A stretch of DNA of 64,000 nt, from the NCBI GenBank assembly GCA_040880665.1, contig JBBDIB010000061.1, positions 24,688 to 88,687 of the forward strand. Direction: 5' to 3'. The stretch comes from Planctomycetota bacterium. Its GTDB lineage: Bacteria; Planctomycetota; UBA1135; GCA-002686595. Positions 61,314 through 64,000 of this stretch are shown here, one piece after another. The notes beneath the pieces are model-generated. The model did no database searches. It saw only the letters and a program-made list of their open reading frames with translations, and was not told the DNA's origin. Position 1 is the stretch's first letter; every line of letters starts with the position of its first letter. A program made the translations under genes and the position numbers.

Positions 61314-61913
61314 ATGAGCGCTACTCTCCAAGCCATCGTCCGTGAAAAGCTCGGCACGCGTGCCGCGCGCAAGCTGCGCCTGCGAGGCCGCGTCCCGATC
61401 AGCCTCCAGTCCAAGCTGCACGAACCGCTGCACCTGTCCATCGACGAGGACCAGCTCCTGACTGCGCGCCGCGCGCACGAGCACCTCTTCGACCTCGAGT
61501 ACGACGGGAAGAGCGAGGCCGCTCTAATCAACGAACTGCACTGGGACACGTTCTCCGGGCAGATCCTCCACGTGGAGTTCCGGCACGTCGTCCGCGGCGA
61601 GAAGACCGAGGCCGAGGTCGAGCTGACCTTCACCGGAATGGTGCGCGGCGGCGTGCTGAACCACCTCGTCGCCCACATCACCATCGAGGCCGTGCCGTCC
61701 GAGATTCCGGACGGCGTCGAGGTCTCCGTGGACGGCATGGAGGTCGGCTCCGTGCTGCACGCCAAGGACCTCGTGCTGCCGCCCGGCGTCGAGCTGGCGA
61801 TGGATCCCGAGACGACCATCGCGATCGTGTCGACCGTGCGCGAGGAAGCCACGGATGACGAGGACGAGGACGACGACGAGACTGAAGTCGTCAAGCCGAG
61901 CCCCGAAGCCTAG
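61314..61913 (+). CDS. rplY: 50S ribosomal protein L25 / general stress protein Ctc
   Basis: 199 aa. The N-terminal L25 fold (REKLGTRAARKLRLRGRVP) and the Ctc-type C-terminal domain are followed by an acidic tail (DDEDEDDDE). Conserved position between prs and pth. Confidence 0.85.
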   Translation: MSATLQAIVREKLGTRAARKLRLRGRVPISLQSKLHEPLHLSIDEDQLLTARRAHEHLFDLEYDGKSEAALINELHWDTFSGQILHVEFRHVVRGEKTEAEVELTFTGMVRGGVLNHLVAHITIEAVPSEIPDGVEVSVDGMEVGSVLHAKDLVLPPGVELAMDPETTIAIVSTVREEATDDEDEDDDETEVVKPSPEA

Positions 61914-62063
61914 CTTTTCGCTCCCGGCCAGCGCCTCGGGTGCCAGCCCGCCCCGCGGGGGCTTGCGCCCTGCGGCCCAGGCTCTATTCTGTTCGGCCCT
62001 CGTCTCGGACGTTCCGGATCCCCGGAAGGTCAGGGCGAGGGCTTCCCTTCGATCTTTACCTCG

Positions 62064-62678
62064 ATGCCCCGCCGCACGGAACGTCTCGTGGTGGGTCTCG
62101 GCAATCCAGGACCCGAGTACGTCGACACCCGCCACAACGTCGGGTTCGCCGTGGTCGAGGAACTGGGGCGAGCGAAGGGTTTGCTCTTTGGGCGCGGACG
62201 CGCTCTCGACGGATATGTCGGCCCCCAGGCCTTTCGATGTGCGCGCTCGGAGACTCCCAGCGCGCTGCTCGTCAAGCCCGAGACCTTCATGAACCTGTCG
62301 GGAACCGTCGTCGCTCCTCTCGCGCGTTGGGCCGCCGGAACCGAAGCACTCGATCCCGGACGGATCCTGGTCGTCTACGACGACCTCGATCTCGAACCCG
62401 CGCAACTGCGCATCCGGCCCCACGGGGGGGCGGGTGGCCAGAAGGGGATGCGCTCGATCATCGAATGTTTGGGCTCCGACCGTTTTCCACGACTCCGCGT
62501 AGGAATCGGGCGGTCGGGAACCGACGCGGCGCGACACGTCCTGGGACGGTTCGACGAACGCGAGTCGGTCGAGATGGCGATCTCCGTGCGCGAAGCGGCG
62601 GAGGCGATTCTCTTCTGGCTCGAGACCGGCGATCTCGACGAGTGCATGTCGCGGTTCCACAGCCGCTGGAAGGAGTGA
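62064..62678 (+). CDS. pth: Peptidyl-tRNA hydrolase
   Basis: 204 aa with LVVGLGNPGPEYVDTRHNVGF and FMNLSG motifs. Confidence 0.93.
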   Translation: MPRRTERLVVGLGNPGPEYVDTRHNVGFAVVEELGRAKGLLFGRGRALDGYVGPQAFRCARSETPSALLVKPETFMNLSGTVVAPLARWAAGTEALDPGRILVVYDDLDLEPAQLRIRPHGGAGGQKGMRSIIECLGSDRFPRLRVGIGRSGTDAARHVLGRFDERESVEMAISVREAAEAILFWLETGDLDECMSRFHSRWKE

Positions 62679-62741
62679 CACCCGAGTGGTGACACCGAAG
62701 CAGTTTCCCCAGCCGGGGGCGGCCACAACTACGAAGAATCC

Positions 62742-63287
62742 ATGAACACCTACGAAGGAATGTTCCTGATCGACAACGACGTCGTCCGGTCCGGTTGGGA
62801 CCGTGCGAAGGCGTCTGTCGTCGGGCTGATCGAGAAGCACGGGGGGTCGCTCGTGACCGCCCGCCGTTGGGACGAGCGCCGGCTCGCCTACACGATCAAG
62901 AAGAAGAACCGGGCGACCTACCTCCTGAGCTTCTTCAAGCTGCCGCACGACGCGCACGCTGCGCTGAACCGGGATCTCGAGATCCAAGAGTTCTGCCTGC
63001 GGCACCTCATCCTGCGCCACGAGGGCGAAGTGCCCGAAGTGGAGCTCAAGGCCTCCGAGATCGAGAACGAGGGCACCTTCGAGGTGCCCGAGCCGCCCGA
63101 CGACGCCTACGACGAAGCCGACGAGCCGCGCGAGTCCTCGGACGACGACGACGACGGCAGCGACGATTTCGGCGACGACGAGCCGCGCAACGACGGCTTC
63201 AAGAGCGGACGGCCGCTCCCGGGCGCCGTTCGCAAGCCTGCGGAACCGAAACAACCCACCGAAACCGCAACCACCACGGAGGCTTAG
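62742..63287 (+). CDS. rpsF: 30S ribosomal protein S6 (with a long acidic C-terminal extension)
   Basis: MNTYEGMFLIDN...RRWDERRLAYTIKKKNRATY is the canonical S6 core. About 80 extra residues are rich in Asp/Glu (SSDDDDDGSDDFGDDE). Confidence 0.9.
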   Translation: MNTYEGMFLIDNDVVRSGWDRAKASVVGLIEKHGGSLVTARRWDERRLAYTIKKKNRATYLLSFFKLPHDAHAALNRDLEIQEFCLRHLILRHEGEVPEVELKASEIENEGTFEVPEPPDDAYDEADEPRESSDDDDDGSDDFGDDEPRNDGFKSGRPLPGAVRKPAEPKQPTETATTTEA

Positions 63288-63290
63288 GCC

Positions 63291-63500
63291 ATGGCCTTCG
63301 AACGCAAGAAGCCCGTCCTCGAGATCCGGAAGGACATCGAGATCGACTACAAGGACCTCGAGCTGCTCGAAAAGTGCATCAGCCCGCAGGGCGAGATGCT
63401 CTCGCGCCGCCGCACGGGCTTGAACGCCCAAGGTCAGCGAGACCTGAAGCGCGCCATCAAGCGCGCGCGCCACCTCGGCCTACTGCCCTTCGTGGTCTAG
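63291..63500 (+). CDS. rpsR: 30S ribosomal protein S18
   Basis: 69 aa. [50 protein letters not shown] is canonical S18. Confidence 0.93.
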   Translation: MAFERKKPVLEIRKDIEIDYKDLELLEKCISPQGEMLSRRRTGLNAQGQRDLKRAIKRARHLGLLPFVV

Positions 63501-63515
63501 GAGGAAACAAGAACC

Positions 63516-63968
63516 ATGGCAAACATGAAAGTCCTGCTGCGCGAGTCCGTGCCGAACCTGGGCATCGTCGGCGACGTCGTCGACGTGGCCCCCGGCTACG
63601 CGCGTAACTACCTCCTCCCGCGCCGGATCGCCACCGAGGCGACGCCCGAGAACGTCCGCTCCTACGCCAAGAAGCGCGAGCGCTATCACGCCGAGATGGC
63701 CGCGCAGCAAGCCGACATCGAGCGGCGTGTCGAGGCGTTCGGCAACCTACGCCTCTTGACCGCGGAGAAGTGCGACGAGGGCGGCAGCCTGTACGGGTCG
63801 GTTTCGGTGGCCAAGATCGTCGAGATGCTGGCGACCGCCGGGCATCCCGTCGACGAGAAGGACGTGCGCCTTGCCGAGCCGATCAAGAAGCTCGGCGAGC
63901 ACGAGGTCGCGATCCACGTCCACGGCGAGCACTTCGCCAGCGTCACCATCATGGTCGAGGCTTCCTAG
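63516..63968 (+). CDS. rplI: 50S ribosomal protein L9
   Basis: 150 aa. MKVLLRESVPNLGIVGDVVDVAPGYARNYLLPR is the canonical L9 N-terminus. Confidence 0.93.
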   Translation: MANMKVLLRESVPNLGIVGDVVDVAPGYARNYLLPRRIATEATPENVRSYAKKRERYHAEMAAQQADIERRVEAFGNLRLLTAEKCDEGGSLYGSVSVAKIVEMLATAGHPVDEKDVRLAEPIKKLGEHEVAIHVHGEHFASVTIMVEAS

Positions 63969-64000
63969 CGACGGCCCAGCGACGGGTTCGGAATGGGTCC

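Noticed and set aside
61914-62063. GC-rich hairpin (gcccc-gcg-ggggc) after the L25 gene as an intrinsic terminator
   Set aside because: The stem is only 5 bp with a 3-nt loop, and only two T residues follow. This is not distinguishable from chance in GC-rich DNA.

Overview
High-GC (about 70% by eye) chromosomal window from a Gram-negative bacterium. The gene content (FHA/sigma54 activator, giant eukaryote-like Ser/Thr kinase, PqiAB, LPS heptosyltransferases) is reminiscent of Myxococcota or Planctomycetota, but the taxon cannot be fixed from this window. (1) 2.8-13.9 kb is a minus-strand defence island. A Type I R-M operon (hsdM-hsdS ... hsdR) is split by three nested modules. The first is a GHKL/MORC-like ATPase fused to a PD-(D/E)xK nuclease, plus a C5 cytosine methyltransferase; the ATPase-nuclease is joined to hsdS, and dcm to it, by GTGA overlaps. 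The second is a RhuM-like gene remnant. The third is an AbiEi/AbiEii toxin-antitoxin pair whose toxin stop overlaps the hsdR start. The GHKL-nuclease + Dcm pair is my best candidate for an undescribed system. (2) 14-41 kb holds a B12-binding radical SAM enzyme, a heptose kinase, TauE, tandem glutamate dehydrogenase paralogues (one lacks two conserved active-site lysines), an arsenic operon arsR-osmC-arsD-arsA-usp-acr3, and two GT9 heptosyltransferases. It also holds three low-GC islets (about 21.7-24.4, 32.5-35.6 and 37.7-39.3 kb) that encode only exported proteins. Two islets are bracketed by direct duplications of host sequence, and none carries a recombinase. (3) 42-64 kb holds a MamK-family actin paired with a degenerate-GGDEF coiled-coil protein, then an FHA-GAF-sigma54 activator, a secreted pseudo-peptidase-like protein and a 1116-aa Ser/Thr kinase, then the housekeeping block psd, glmU-prs-ctc-pth-rpsF-rpsR-rplI. 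I recognised no rRNA, tRNA, CRISPR array, transposase or integrase. Many long ORFs in the six-frame track are antisense shadows typical of high-GC DNA and were ignored. Start codons are often uncertain (GTG/TTG candidates).
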